Shown here in pieces: positions 42,401-52,927 of a DNA stretch of 64,000 nucleotides. Under the pieces are notes generated by a model. The model had not been told where the DNA came from and made no database searches. It saw nothing but the letters and a program-made list of their open reading frames with translations. The stretch's first letter is position 1; the number at the start of each line of letters is the position of its first letter. Position numbers and translations under genes: made by a program. The DNA lies in contig JAUCBJ010001096.1 of the NCBI GenBank assembly GCA_032718475.1, positions 1 through 64,000 on the forward strand, in the 5' to 3' direction. This stretch comes from Nemertoderma westbladi (lineage: Eukaryota > Animalia > Xenacoelomorpha).

Positions 42401-43470
42401 CACTTTCACAGTTGTATGGCTATTCCGTATGCAATAACTAACTTTCACTTTCACAGTTGTATGGCTATTCCGTATGCAATAACTATTTTTCACTTTCACA
42501 GTTGTATGGCTATTCCGTATGCAATAACTATTTTTCTCTTTCACAGTTGTAAGGCTATTCCGTATGCAATAACTAACTTTCACTTTCACAGTTGTATGGC
42601 TATTCCGTATGCAATAACTAACTTTCACTTTCACAGTTGTATGGCTATTCCGTATGCAATAACTAACTTTCACTTTCACAGTTGTATGGCTATTCCGTAT
42701 GCAATAACTATTTTTCTCTTTCACAGTTGTATGGCTATTCCGTATGCAATAACTAACTTTCACTTTCACAGTTGTATGGCTATTCCGTATGCAATAACTA
42801 ACTTTCACTTTCACAGTTGTATGGCTATTCCGTATGCAATAACTAACTTTCACTTTCACAGTTGTATGGCTATTCCGTATGCAATAACTAACTTTCACTT
42901 TCACAGTTGTATGGCTATTCCGTATGCAATAACTAACTTTCACTTTCACAGTTGTATGGCTATTCCGTATGCAATAACTAACTTTCACTTTCACAGTTGT
43001 ATGGCTATTCCGTATGCAATAACTAACTTTCACTTTCACAGTTGTATGGCTATTCCGTATGCAATAACTAACTTTCACTTTCACAGTTGTATGGCTATTC
43101 CGTATGCAATAACTAACTTTCACTTTCACAGTTGTATGGCTATTCCGTATGCAATAACTAACTTTCACTTTCACAGTTGTATGGCTATTCCGTATGCAAT
43201 AACTAACTTTCACTTTCACAGTTGTATGGCTATTCTGTATGCAATAACTAACTTTCACTTTCACAGTTGTATGGCTATTCCGTATGCAATAACTAACTTT
43301 CACTTTCACAGTTGTATGGCTATTCCGTATGTAATAACTAACTTTCACTTTCACAGTTGTATGGCTATTCCGTATGCAATAACTAACTTTCACTTTCACA
43401 GTTGTATGGCTATTCCGTATGCAATAACTAACATTCACTTTCACAGTTGTATGGCTATTCCGTATGTAAT
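3418..43470. repeat. 45-bp satellite array, ~890 head-to-tail copies, consensus ATGGCTATTCCGTATGCAATAACTAACTTTCACTTTCACAGTTGT
   Basis: Uninterrupted, single-orientation tandem array with a small set of recurring variants (AACTTTCAC/ATTTTTCTC, TATAC, ATGTCT, CACTATC, ATAACT, GGGT, AGTTTT, AAGG, +TATG, +ATGC). Confidence 0.99.
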
Positions 43471-43790
43471 TAGTACACTACTACGGCCTTCGTCCAGTGG
43501 ATACCTTCCCCCCTGCTCTCATTGGCTGTTGGCCCACTTCACGCCTCTCACCTCTGTGGGAGTGCTTCCCCCCCCCCCCCCCCCCCGCTGCTGTCACTTT
43601 CCTCATCCCGGAGGTTTAACCTCTGACCTCCCTTTGTGTGGCCCTTCGGGTTTTGTTGTCCCCGTTTATTGGGTGTGTGATACGAGGTTAATTGGGGATT
43701 AACCTCGTATCCCCAATATTGCTTAAAGGCGCCACTTCCCAACTTTATGGGGTGGTAGGCAGAGTTGAATCCGCTCACAGTCGGATAAAC
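43471..43790. other. GC-rich unclassified segment at the satellite boundary with a C19 run and a perfect hairpin; possibly a transposon end
   Basis: Begins TAGTACACTACTACGG. C19 at 43568-43586. 14-bp stem at 43679-43692/43698-43711. Confidence 0.45.
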
Positions 43791-44244
43791 AGAGTACAAA
43801 CAATACGAACTTCAGGTCATTAATTATAAATCATATTAATGATATAACGTACATCAATACGACCAATAACGCAGTACCAGTAACTGTTCCAGAATCTATA
43901 ATAATAAGTGAATTGTTGTGGGGCGAGTGACGCGGTGAATCAAATATACAATGTAAATATGGAGAGCATTATCATATTGTCCCATTTACATTGTATATTC
44001 CAGAATCTGGCTACTTTAAGATTTTGCTGCTTGATTGCAACATGAACAATGTCTAGATAAAATATCAAGCTCGAAGCTCGCAATGTTATAATTTACCATT
44101 TCCTTATTCAGTCGTGTTTGGACTATTGATAACTTCCAGACTCTGATTCCAAGGTTCCACCTTGGTGTCATTGTTTGGTTGCATTGAATTCACATCTCCC
44201 ACATAATAAATATAATTACAATACAAACACATTTTTTTCTTTAG

Positions 44245-44871
44245 ACAAACCATATTGGATTCACAATGACACCACAGAGCGAACTGTTATAGGAGTTTTT
44301 GGGACGGAGGTTAATCTAACATGTACAATGGAAAGTTATCCAGCTGTTATTGAATCGAGTGTCTATTGGATTAGTGGAGTTGACGTAAATAAGAAGCTGC
44401 CCGATGGTGATAAATATAGAACATCAGTTGTAGTGGAGAACTCTGAGTATAAAAGTACAGCTGTTTTAAGGCTAACTATATATAATGTAACGAGAGAAGA
44501 TCTTAATACAACCTACTTTGGGAGGGTTGGAAATGGTATCCCTCGCAGTAATACTGAGGTTGAATGTGACGTTAGGTTGGAACCTATAGGACCTCCACAT
44601 ATGCCGACTGGAGTTAAAGTAGAAGCTGTTGACTCTTCTAGTGTAAAAGTTAGTTGGACACCGGGATTCAATGGTGGAACTAATCAATGGTTTAGAGTTG
44701 AGTACACCAACAGTAACGGTACAAGTGTTACTAAAACATCGGGAATTACATATGATTCTTACATAATCGTCCCAGACTTACCCAATGAACGTCATTATTT
44801 CGCCGTGGTGGCCTGTAATCAGTTCGGTTGTCAGGATCCAACTCCTGTAATAGAAGGTGAACCAGCATCAG
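44245..44871 (+). CDS. Internal exon of a host Ig-superfamily cell-surface gene (Ig domain + fibronectin type III; nephrin/sidestep-like)
   Basis: Acceptor TTTTTTTCTTTAG at 44244 and donor G|GTAAGA at 44872 define a 627-bp phase 1-1 exon. Encodes VNLTCTMESYP..VYW and LRLTIYNVTRED (Ig), then PPHMPTGVKV..SVKVSWTPGFNGGTNQWFRVEY and YFAVVACNQFG (FN3). Confidence 0.85.
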
Positions 44872-45169
44872 GTAAGATATAATATGTTAACTTTTATACA
44901 ATCTTGTGTTGAACAAAGTATATTTTTTTTTGCATAATAATAAAAAAAAAACATACATTATTTAATTTGCTTGATATTGATTGGTCTGTCAAAAATGTAT
45001 TTCGTTCACCTTAAGATTATATTCAAGAGACCGGATCATGCTGAACATGGTTGCTTAAAATGCGTTACTATCACTTTATTTTATCATGTTACTCTTATAC
45101 CTATAGAATAACCTGTCTGGTCTGTTACTGAAACCGTGTCATTTGAGAGAGATTAATGTTGAACTGTAA

Positions 45170-45302
45170 CAAAACTGATACATGGTGTGAACACTTCGAC
45201 AGTCCCCAGATAATGTCTGAACGTATAAAGCATAAGCTCTAAGGATGGTATACTTAAGCATGTGAATAACTTCTGCTACCTGGGATCATGGATCCGGAAG
45301 TC
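45170..45302 (+). mobile_element. Short fragment of the same RTE family as 49235-50640
   Basis: AGCATAAGCTCTAAGGATGGTATACTTAAGCATGTGAATAACTTCTGCTACCTGGGATCATGGATCCGGAAGTC aligns to 49988-50062 (FCYLGSWI motif). The left boundary is approximate. Confidence 0.8.
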
Positions 45303-45398
45303 TCATGGATCCGGAAGTCTCATGGATCCGGAAGTCTCATGGATCCGGAAGTCTCATGGATCCGGAAGTCTCTTGGATCCGGAAGTCTCATGGATCCG
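45286..45398. repeat. 17-bp minisatellite (TCATGGATCCGGAAGTC) x ~6.6
   Basis: Six full units (one with A>T) plus a partial unit. Confidence 0.95.
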
Positions 45399-45617
45399 AA
45401 AGATCTCAAAGAAGCCGGTGCAGAATATGAGAAGATATTTATTCGACGAGACACCCATCCAGCGGTACGGAAAGAAAAGTCCCGGTTATTCGAATCGCTA
45501 AAAGCAGAGAAGGCAAAACCTGAAAATCAGGGAAAAGAAATACGAATCGACTGGAAACAGAGAGGCTTACTCGTCGACGGTAAGTTTGTTGATAAGTATA
45601 ACCCGCGGTTTTTATAA
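45399..45617 (+). pseudogene. C-terminal remnant of LINE ORF1
   Basis: KIFIRRDTHPAVRKEKSRL...IRIDWKQRGLLVDG resembles LINE ORF1 C-termini. It stops 8 bp before the ORF2 ATG. Confidence 0.65.
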
Positions 45618-45625
45618 AAACTGAG

Positions 45626-48600
45626 ATGGAAAACTCGATATCTGTATTGTGCTGTAATATTAATGGAATTGGAGGTAAATTTGAATCTAAAGTTTTTACT
45701 GACATTTTGTACGATTATGATATTATTGCGGTAACAGAACTTAAAACCCAGCACCAAGTAGGACTTCCTGGTTATGTATTTACTTGCAGTCAACGAATCC
45801 CAGGAGAATCACGCCGCGGTGGAACCGGTGTATTTATCCGATCAGTTCTATGGGAGGGGGTAAGTGATATAACTGTATATAAAGACCAAGTGTGGTTTTC
45901 ATTTATTTTCGATAGGGACATTAGATACGGTGCAATATATATTACACCCACTGACTCTCAATTTTTTACGCTCGATTCCTTTGCACATATTAGTGAACAG
46001 TGCCATTTATTTAACAAACTTGTCATATTTGGAGATTTTAATGCTAGGATGAATGATTTAAATTTATTTAGTGACAACTTGTTGAAACATGGTACCACCT
46101 TAACATACTCAGGAAATGTTGATAATAAGTTAAATGCAAACGGCCGTGAATTAAAACAGCTATGCCAACTACATAATTTAAAACCTTTGAATCATGCAAT
46201 TTTAACAGGCAATAGCTTCAACAGCAGCCTCACATTTAGACAGGGCACGAACTGGGTATCCCAAGTTGATTGGGTGATCTGCTCAGCCGAGTTGTTGCAG
46301 CATTTTACATATTTAAATTTCCTACAGAATCTAGATTGCACTAATCATGCCGGTTTATCTTTTGAGTTAAAAATTAAACCCCTTGATGTGTCAAGTCTAG
46401 TAGCACGCTCATCACAATTAGGTATTTCTGTACAACCATTAATACCAAATAATAAGCCAAAACTGCACTATAACTCGATCAACCACGAATTGTTCAAACA
46501 CCGGCTTAGCAACATACCCAGGCCACAAAGCGGTGACAACATGCACTCAGTAATAACAACAACCCTAACAAATCTAGCTATACAATCGAAAACTCAAAAG
46601 AAACCACACGTCATGCCTATTAACCGCAGTACACACGAAAGGAACTCAAATAATAGATGGAAGTGGTTAGTCAATAAAGTCGACCTGAAAACTATTTGGA
46701 ATGCAATAGATTGGAATGGGTCTATTTGCTATAACTCTCAACTTATCTCAAAAAAATACTCAGAAAGCCCTTCTAGTGAGCAATTCGCCGCTTATTTCAA
46801 GCAGCTGTTATCTTCTCAGGAACATGCACAATCTATCACAGATGTAATTAACAACGAAATAAAGTCAATAGAAATCTTTATTCCAATTCTAGACAGCGAT
46901 ATAAACCCGAACGAAGTTTCAATCTACTTAGCGAAATTTAAAGCTTCAAAATCGGCAGGAATAGATGGTCTACCTCCAGGAATCCTCAAATTATTAAGCG
47001 ATGACTGGCTAATTGCAGTTACTTTATGCTTTAACGATGTTTTCTCTGGTAAGGTCCCATACCCCACAGATTGGTCCACTTCCCTGATGTTTACGATTTT
47101 TAAGAAAGGAATTAAGTCACTACCAGTGAATTATCGGGGAATTTCGGTCGCTCCGGCCTTGTCTAAATTGTACGACTCCGTCCTTACTGAGCGTTTTAAT
47201 TTATGGTCGAAACCGTCTCAATATCAGGCAGGCGCACAGAAGGGACGAGGCTGTACTGAACAGATATTGTGTGTTCGTTTGGCAATCGATATTGCCATCA
47301 AAACAAAGCGATAGTTATTCATTGCCTTCATCGACTACGAGAAGGCCTATGACAAAGTTGACAGGATAGTCTTACTCAGGAAATTGAAACAGATGGGTTG
47401 TGGCAGAAGGTTTCTTATGGCTTTATCAGTATCAATGCAGGAAACTATAAATGTAATAGGCAACACAACGTTTGAGAGTACGGGCGGTGTAGGACAGGGT
47501 AAGCCTTCCAGCTGTCCACTATTTTGTACACACATAGACCCTACAATTACAAAAATGGATCGTTTAGGAAAGGACAGTTGGCTAGATTCTCTTCATGGAA
47601 CATTATTAATGGATGACACATGTGTATTGGCTACCTCCCGAGCAAAGTTAACTGATAAACTTAACATCCTTAAAGATGTATGCGATGAAATTGGAATGAC
47701 TTTACATCCTAAAAAGTCGAAATTTCTGACCTCATCCACTCTCAATAGCGACAGAATCCCCATCTTGATAGGGAACATCACAATCTCAATTGTATCCTCA
47801 TATGTCTATTTGGGATCTTTAATATCAATTCACCCCGTAGCGGTTCAAATTGATGACGAAATTAAGATGCGTATTGGTAACTGCCACAATTTCACTTCAT
47901 TCCTCGGCAAAAACTGCGACGCTCCCTTTACCGTGAAGAAGTCAGTATGGCAGGCTGCTCTCCAATCTTCGCTATTATACGGATGCGAAACATGGTTATG
48001 TAATAACATCAAACGAATTGTTTCAGTGTTTTACAGAACGCTTAAACAACTACTCTCAGTTCGATTAACAACACCAAATGATCTCGTCCTTATTGAAACT
48101 GGCACTGAACATGTCAAGAGTATCATTAAGAATCGGCAGTTAAAGTTCCTGAGGTCATTGTCCTCACGGCCTGGATATAAAGACAGTTATCATAACTACA
48201 TTATGAACGAAGCTACATCAGTAAACTCACCAATGGGAAAATACGCCAAAGAGCTATTAGATACGGGTCATGTCATGTCGGAACTCCAAGCTGCAAAAGA
48301 TCGAACTCTTACAGCCATAATGACAAGGTGTGTGAATTATGTGGCATACAACCCAACTCAGAAACCCCACGATTTATACTCTGACCCTAATGTACCCGAG
48401 TGGGAGAGAATCTCATTTTCAAGGATCAGATTGAGTTCCTATCGGCTACCAATGGAGATATTCCGATGGTCTCGGATTCCGAGAGAGAATCGTAAATGCT
48501 TATGTGGTTCTACCCAATCAGATCATCACATATTCTTTGTCTGCCCACTAACCGAAAGTATTCGCTTGGATTTCGACTTTCCACCACCATCATCATCCCT

Positions 48601-48685
48601 ATCCAGAGTATTTGATAACCTCGGAACCCGATCCGCATCAATGTGCCATAAAATTATTAAAGTATTAGAGCCCGCACAAGTGTAA
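45626..48685 (+). pseudogene. LINE ORF2 (AP endonuclease + reverse transcriptase) with one in-frame TAG at 47312-47314
   Basis: EN motifs: CNING, AVTE, GGTGVF, FGDFNAR, NANG, SQVDW, TNH. RT motifs: KSAGIDG, NYRGIS, FIDYEKAYD (just after the stop, same frame), GVGQG, LMDD, YVYLG. C-terminus RLSS..RW..RKCLC..HIFFVC. The two listed ORFs (45626 and 47384) are in one frame. Confidence 0.92.
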
Positions 48686-49022
48686 ATTAATAACAAGGAA
48701 GGGATTAAAATAACCGTAAATTAATAAGAAATCAAATAATTAAGTATACATCTCATTAAGTTTAGCCCATTTCACGAACACGAACAAAAACGAGCGTTAT
48801 GTACATATTGAATTTTTTTTTTTTTTTTTTTCGCATTTTTGCATTACGAAGCGGCGTATAATTGGACTTAATTTTAAGTGTGTATTGGTGGAGGGTATTA
48901 TTGCATTAAACGTATGTAGCCAATGTATCAATGTGTGTGTCTCTATTGGTGAAGGGTTTGAATTACATGCGAGTTTCCATCTCAAAAATTATGTCAATAA
49001 ACAACTAACTAACTAACTAACT

Positions 49023-49200
49023 ACAGGCTATCCAACATTTATCCAATTTTTGCACAGGCTATCCAACAGTTAATCCAATTTTTGCACTGGCTATCCAACA
49101 GTTATCCAATCTGTGCACTGGCTATCCAACAGTTATCCAATCTGTGCACAGGCTATCCAACAGTTATCCAATTTTTGTACAGGCTATCCAACAATTATCG
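49023..49200 (+). repeat. 31-bp minisatellite (ACAGGCTATCCAACAGTTATCCAATTTTTGC) x ~5.5
   Basis: Tandem units begin immediately after the LINE (AACT)n tail. Confidence 0.92.
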
Positions 49201-49234
49201 AATATGAATTTAAAATGGCGAAAAAAGGTTTTGA

Positions 49235-50640
49235 AACGGTACCACGTACTGATATCAGGATATGCAGGATATGACCCTTTTCCAGTGATCACCGCCTTAT
49301 TGTGGCCAAGGTAAGACTTAGTCTGCGTGCTAGCAGAACAACGAAATCTGCCTTGCCGCGGCATGACTGGTCCTCTCTGTTGCAACAGTCAAGTGTGAGA
49401 TCCGGCTTCACACTATAGCTGAGCAACAGGTATGAGGTTCTTGCCTCTGAGGCAGCAGATCATTGTGAGGGCTATACTGCTTTCACAGAAGCAGTAAGTT
49501 AGCAGCTGCAGAAACAGTTCCTGTATACCTTCTTCAAGGCCTTTGATTCAGTCTCTTGCTCACGTATGTTCAGCATACTTTCATTATATGGGATTCCTGA
49601 TGAAATTATTGCAGCAATCAGATCAGTATACGATGGTTCGACAACATTTGTGTCTACTGTTGACGGTGACACAGAACCATTTGAAATGTTATCGGGCGTC
49701 CTCCAGGGAGACACACTTGCACCATTCTTCTTCATAATTGTGATTGACTATGTTCTACTCATGTCCTTAGATCATCATAATGATAATGGGGTGATAATAA
49801 CTCCAACTACTGGCTCCAGCACTTTGCTGATGACTTAGGAATTACTCTCAGAATCACTAGAAGGAGCCCAACGGCTCCTCGGCTCATTAGAACATTCCGC
49901 TTCTAGTGTTGGTCTTTTTATTAACTCCAGAAAGACCAAAATTTTGACAGTTAACTTTGAAAGTCCTCAGCAAGTCTCTGATCGGATGAGCATAAGCTCA
50001 AAAGATGGTATGCTTGAGCATGTGGACGACTTCTGTTACCTGGGATCATGGATCCAGAAGTCAGGTGAGGACCTTCGAATACGTAAGGGAAAGGCATGGC
50101 CAGCCTTGAATAGGCTTTCCAGCATTTCGAAGTCACCGAGAATTAATCAGAAACTTAAGGTCCGATTATTTAGAGCAGCAGTAGTTCCAGTACTCCTCTA
50201 TGTGAGTCCATGCTGGTCTCTAAGTGCTGAGGACACCAAATCTCTGGATGGCACATTCACAAGAATGCTACGCCGGGTTCATTGTGTCAAGTACAATGCA
50301 CACATCTCCAACCAGACACTATATAACATTGGAGGTGTCTCATTGGTTCTCCCAAGCTTGACACTAGAACAAAATCGCCTCCGCTTTGTAGGGCATTGCT
50401 TTCGCCGTGAGGACCAGCCAGTGCATAATCTTGTACTTTGGCAGCCTCATGGAGTGAATAAGCATGGTGGACAGCCCATGACTTTCTTGAGACGCATCTT
50501 AAATGACACTGGCCTTGAAGATGCGGATGATCTAGCAAATGTCATGGGTGATAGGGAGTTGTGGCGGCGCAATTTTGTCGACAAGCCGGCACAGCATTCT
50601 TAATAATGCAGCTGCAATGCAGCATGCCGATCCTAGTAGA
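49235..50640 (+). pseudogene. Decayed RTE-clade retrotransposon with internal deletions and frameshifts
   Basis: SSDHRLIVAKVRL (EN end), FKAFDSV, GVLQGDTLAPFFFIIVIDY, FADD (~49824), DFCYLGSWI, KVRLFRA..VPVLLY and RLRFVGHC are spread over different frames. Boundaries approximate. Confidence 0.88.
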
Positions 50641-50950
50641 TGAGCCAATAGAGAGAAGGTCCAGTCCAGTCGCTCAGTGAACTGTAGAGCTTCGAAAGAA
50701 CAATGCCACTAACTACTGCAAGGCGGGATTAATTTCTTAAATTATGAGGATTAATTAGGCCTAATTAATTAAAAATCGGTGAGCCCATAAAGACAATACT
50801 ATAACAAAGGATGCTATCCTGATCTCAGTTTAGCCATAGTATATGGTACTGGTACAACTATGAAATTATTTCAAGGAGACCTACTCTTAATAAATGTAAA
50901 ATTGAAATCCCAGACAGCCGTGAGACCTTTGCCTTTTTAAATACATTTTC

Positions 50951-51306
50951 GATAATTGTTGGATAGCCTCTGCAAAAATTGGATAACTGTTGGATAGCCT
51001 GTGCAAAAATTGGATAACTGTTGGATAGCCTGTGCAAAAATTGGATAACTGTTGGATAGCCTGTGCAAAAATTGGATAACTGTTGGATAGCCAGTGCAAA
51101 GATTGGATAACTGTTGGATAGCCTGTGCAAAAATTGGATAACTGTTGGATAGCCTGTGCAAAAATTGGATAACTGTTGGATAGCCTGTGCAAAAATTGGA
51201 TAACTGTTGGATAGCCTGTGAAAAGATTGGATAACTGTTGGATAGCCTGTGCAAAATTTGGAAAACTGTTGCGTTGGATAGCCTCTGCAAAGATTGGATA
51301 ACTGTT
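50951..51306 (-). repeat. 31-bp minisatellite, same family as 49023-49200, inverted, ~11 copies
   Basis: TTGGATAACTGTTGGATAGCCTGTGCAAAAA units are the reverse complement of the upstream array. Confidence 0.93.
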
Positions 51307-52816
51307 AATAACGGGTAACAACTGTCAGTAAATATTACTATCCTTATTTTTTATTATATTTGGTATCTTTTTTATTATAAAATTATTATTTTGTAACATA
51401 TTTCCTCTCTCATTATTTCTTTCAAATCGCCGAAGTCGTAGAATATTAGGGATTTTCTCCTATCGGGGACTCAACATGAATCTACCATATTGTTACTATT
51501 TCCCTGCCATTCATGCCAAAGAGGAAGTTACATTTGGCCCCAGAATTTAATATAAAACTTGGCAAACAAAAGTTCATCTATAATATATTTTATAGCTTCC
51601 GTGTTTATTGTTTATATTACTTGTTGTATTTTGGTTGAAATATTTTGTTATAACATTTAAAAATAAAGTATTTTTATTTTATTAGTGAAACATATAATGG
51701 GTATACTATTGTACTGACTACTTCGGCCCTTAAATCAAATCTGTTGTCCACAAGGCAGCTTTCACATTTCAGCTTAAATATATCCATAACATCCACTTTT
51801 TATCGTACAATCTCAGCATTGACATTTAATCACAGAAATACCACAGAATTCACCCAATATAGTAAGTAGTAAGATGTCTATTCAGCAGTTCATCTCTATA
51901 TGTTACTACAAGTCAGCCATGGATTGGATATGTATGTATTTATTGACTATTAGTAGATTATATAGAGATTCTGAATAAATACGTAAGATAATAATGATAT
52001 GTTAAGTAATTTAGTTTACATAATAATTAATTAGTCCAAAGAAAATACAGCGTATGAAGTTGATCATATAAAAACAGGTAAATTGAGAATTAAGTAATAA
52101 CAACGAAAGACAAAAGCAAAGCAAAAATCACCAAATTTTCATTACCATCAAGACAAGACCCCTGTACCTCAACCACCCCGTTGTACTAATTGGCTAACTG
52201 ATACAACTTACACGCCATGCTGTCATTGATTGATTAATAATTATTGTTATATCGTAAATTGAAACAATTATTCACAAAAAGAGTGGCGGCCCTCGAAACA
52301 AACAGCAATGCTATTAAAATTCTGCTGTCAATTGTTGGTTAATAATTAATATTATATCGTTAATAATAAGTATTATTGGATTATAGAGTTTGAGTTTATA
52401 TATTAAATATCTTTTACATATAATTTTATATTGATTAAAAAGGTTTGCAGTTACTTCTAAGTTAAGTTGTAGGGGGAAGTTAAAATGTCGTGAGGATATT
52501 TAATCTGTAAGTGTTAGTCTCAATAACAATGAAATCATTACTGATATTACTGATACTAACTGATGTTATTTTGGGGTTCATCATGTATAATGGATATAAA
52601 CTAGTCGAACCAGATGGATCTAAATTTACTAGAGAATGTTTATTTAAAGAAGAAAGAAATAGTATTAGAGTACAAGTTGATTTTATTATATAAAATTCCT
52701 GCTGTGTTTCTACGCAATCTTTGTACCTGGTTAGCCTCGTCGCTGTCAAAATATTTTCAGCAGTCTTTTGACCTCGGTATTGTCCCGGCTGCTTATTGGC
52801 GGCTTGCCCATGTGAT
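51291..52816. repeat. Duplicated block, copy 1 (paralog of 61360-64000)
   Basis: Collinear and highly similar from AGATTGGATAACTGTTAATAAC to GGCTTGCCCATGTGAT. Confidence 0.95.
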
Positions 52817-52927
52817 CCCATTGTATAAAAACAAAGGTTCACGATCACTGTTGCCAGTAACTATCGGCCTATATCACTGACGTCCCTTCTAGTAAAACTG
52901 ATGGAGACGGTTATCAGAAATGAAATT
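52693..52927 (+). pseudogene. CR1/L2/Jockey-type RT N-terminal fragment
   Basis: IPAVFL..L..LS..FQQSF..GIVP..WRLAHVIPLYKNKG, then after a frameshift YRPISLTSLLVKLMETVI. Repeated from ~63877 to the window end. Confidence 0.8.

Larger units (their letters stand above)
45399..49022 (+). mobile_element. 5'-truncated APE-type non-LTR retrotransposon (RTE-X-like; clade tentative)
   Basis: ORF1 C-terminus, ORF2 with EN+RT+C-terminal Cys/His motif, then a 3' UTR with AATAAA (48996-49001) and an (AACT)5 tail (49003-49022). Confidence 0.88.

Noticed and set aside
3418-43470. CRISPR-like array next to a viral element
   Set aside because: There are no unique spacers, the units are contiguous near-identical monomers, no cas genes are present, and the context is eukaryotic.
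3418-43470. Pure assembly or sequencing artefact
   Set aside because: Regionally clustered variants and nested higher-order duplications indicate real evolution, although exact copy number may be off.
3370-43702. Very long ORFs on both strands (MAIPYAITNFHFHSC)n / (VKVKVSYCIRNSHTT)n
   Set aside because: They follow from a 45-bp unit that lacks stops in one frame per strand. Frequent +4, +1 and -1/-2 indels break the frame and are themselves amplified, and there are no unique N- or C-terminal domains.
44175-44244. TTG start and N-terminal extension of the 235-aa ORF
   Set aside because: This is intron sequence ending in a polypyrimidine tract and AG; the coding part begins at 44245.
49023-51306. 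TTATCCA motifs as bacterial DnaA boxes, and ORFs at 50858-51321
   Set aside because: Eukaryotic context; the motif is TTATCCAAT/CTATCCAAC within a minisatellite, and the ORFs are repeat translations.
52480-52693. Short hydrophobic ORFs at 52480-52848 and 52511-52693
   Set aside because: AT-rich sequence; the paralog near 63700-63870 has an indel in this region, so the frame is not conserved.
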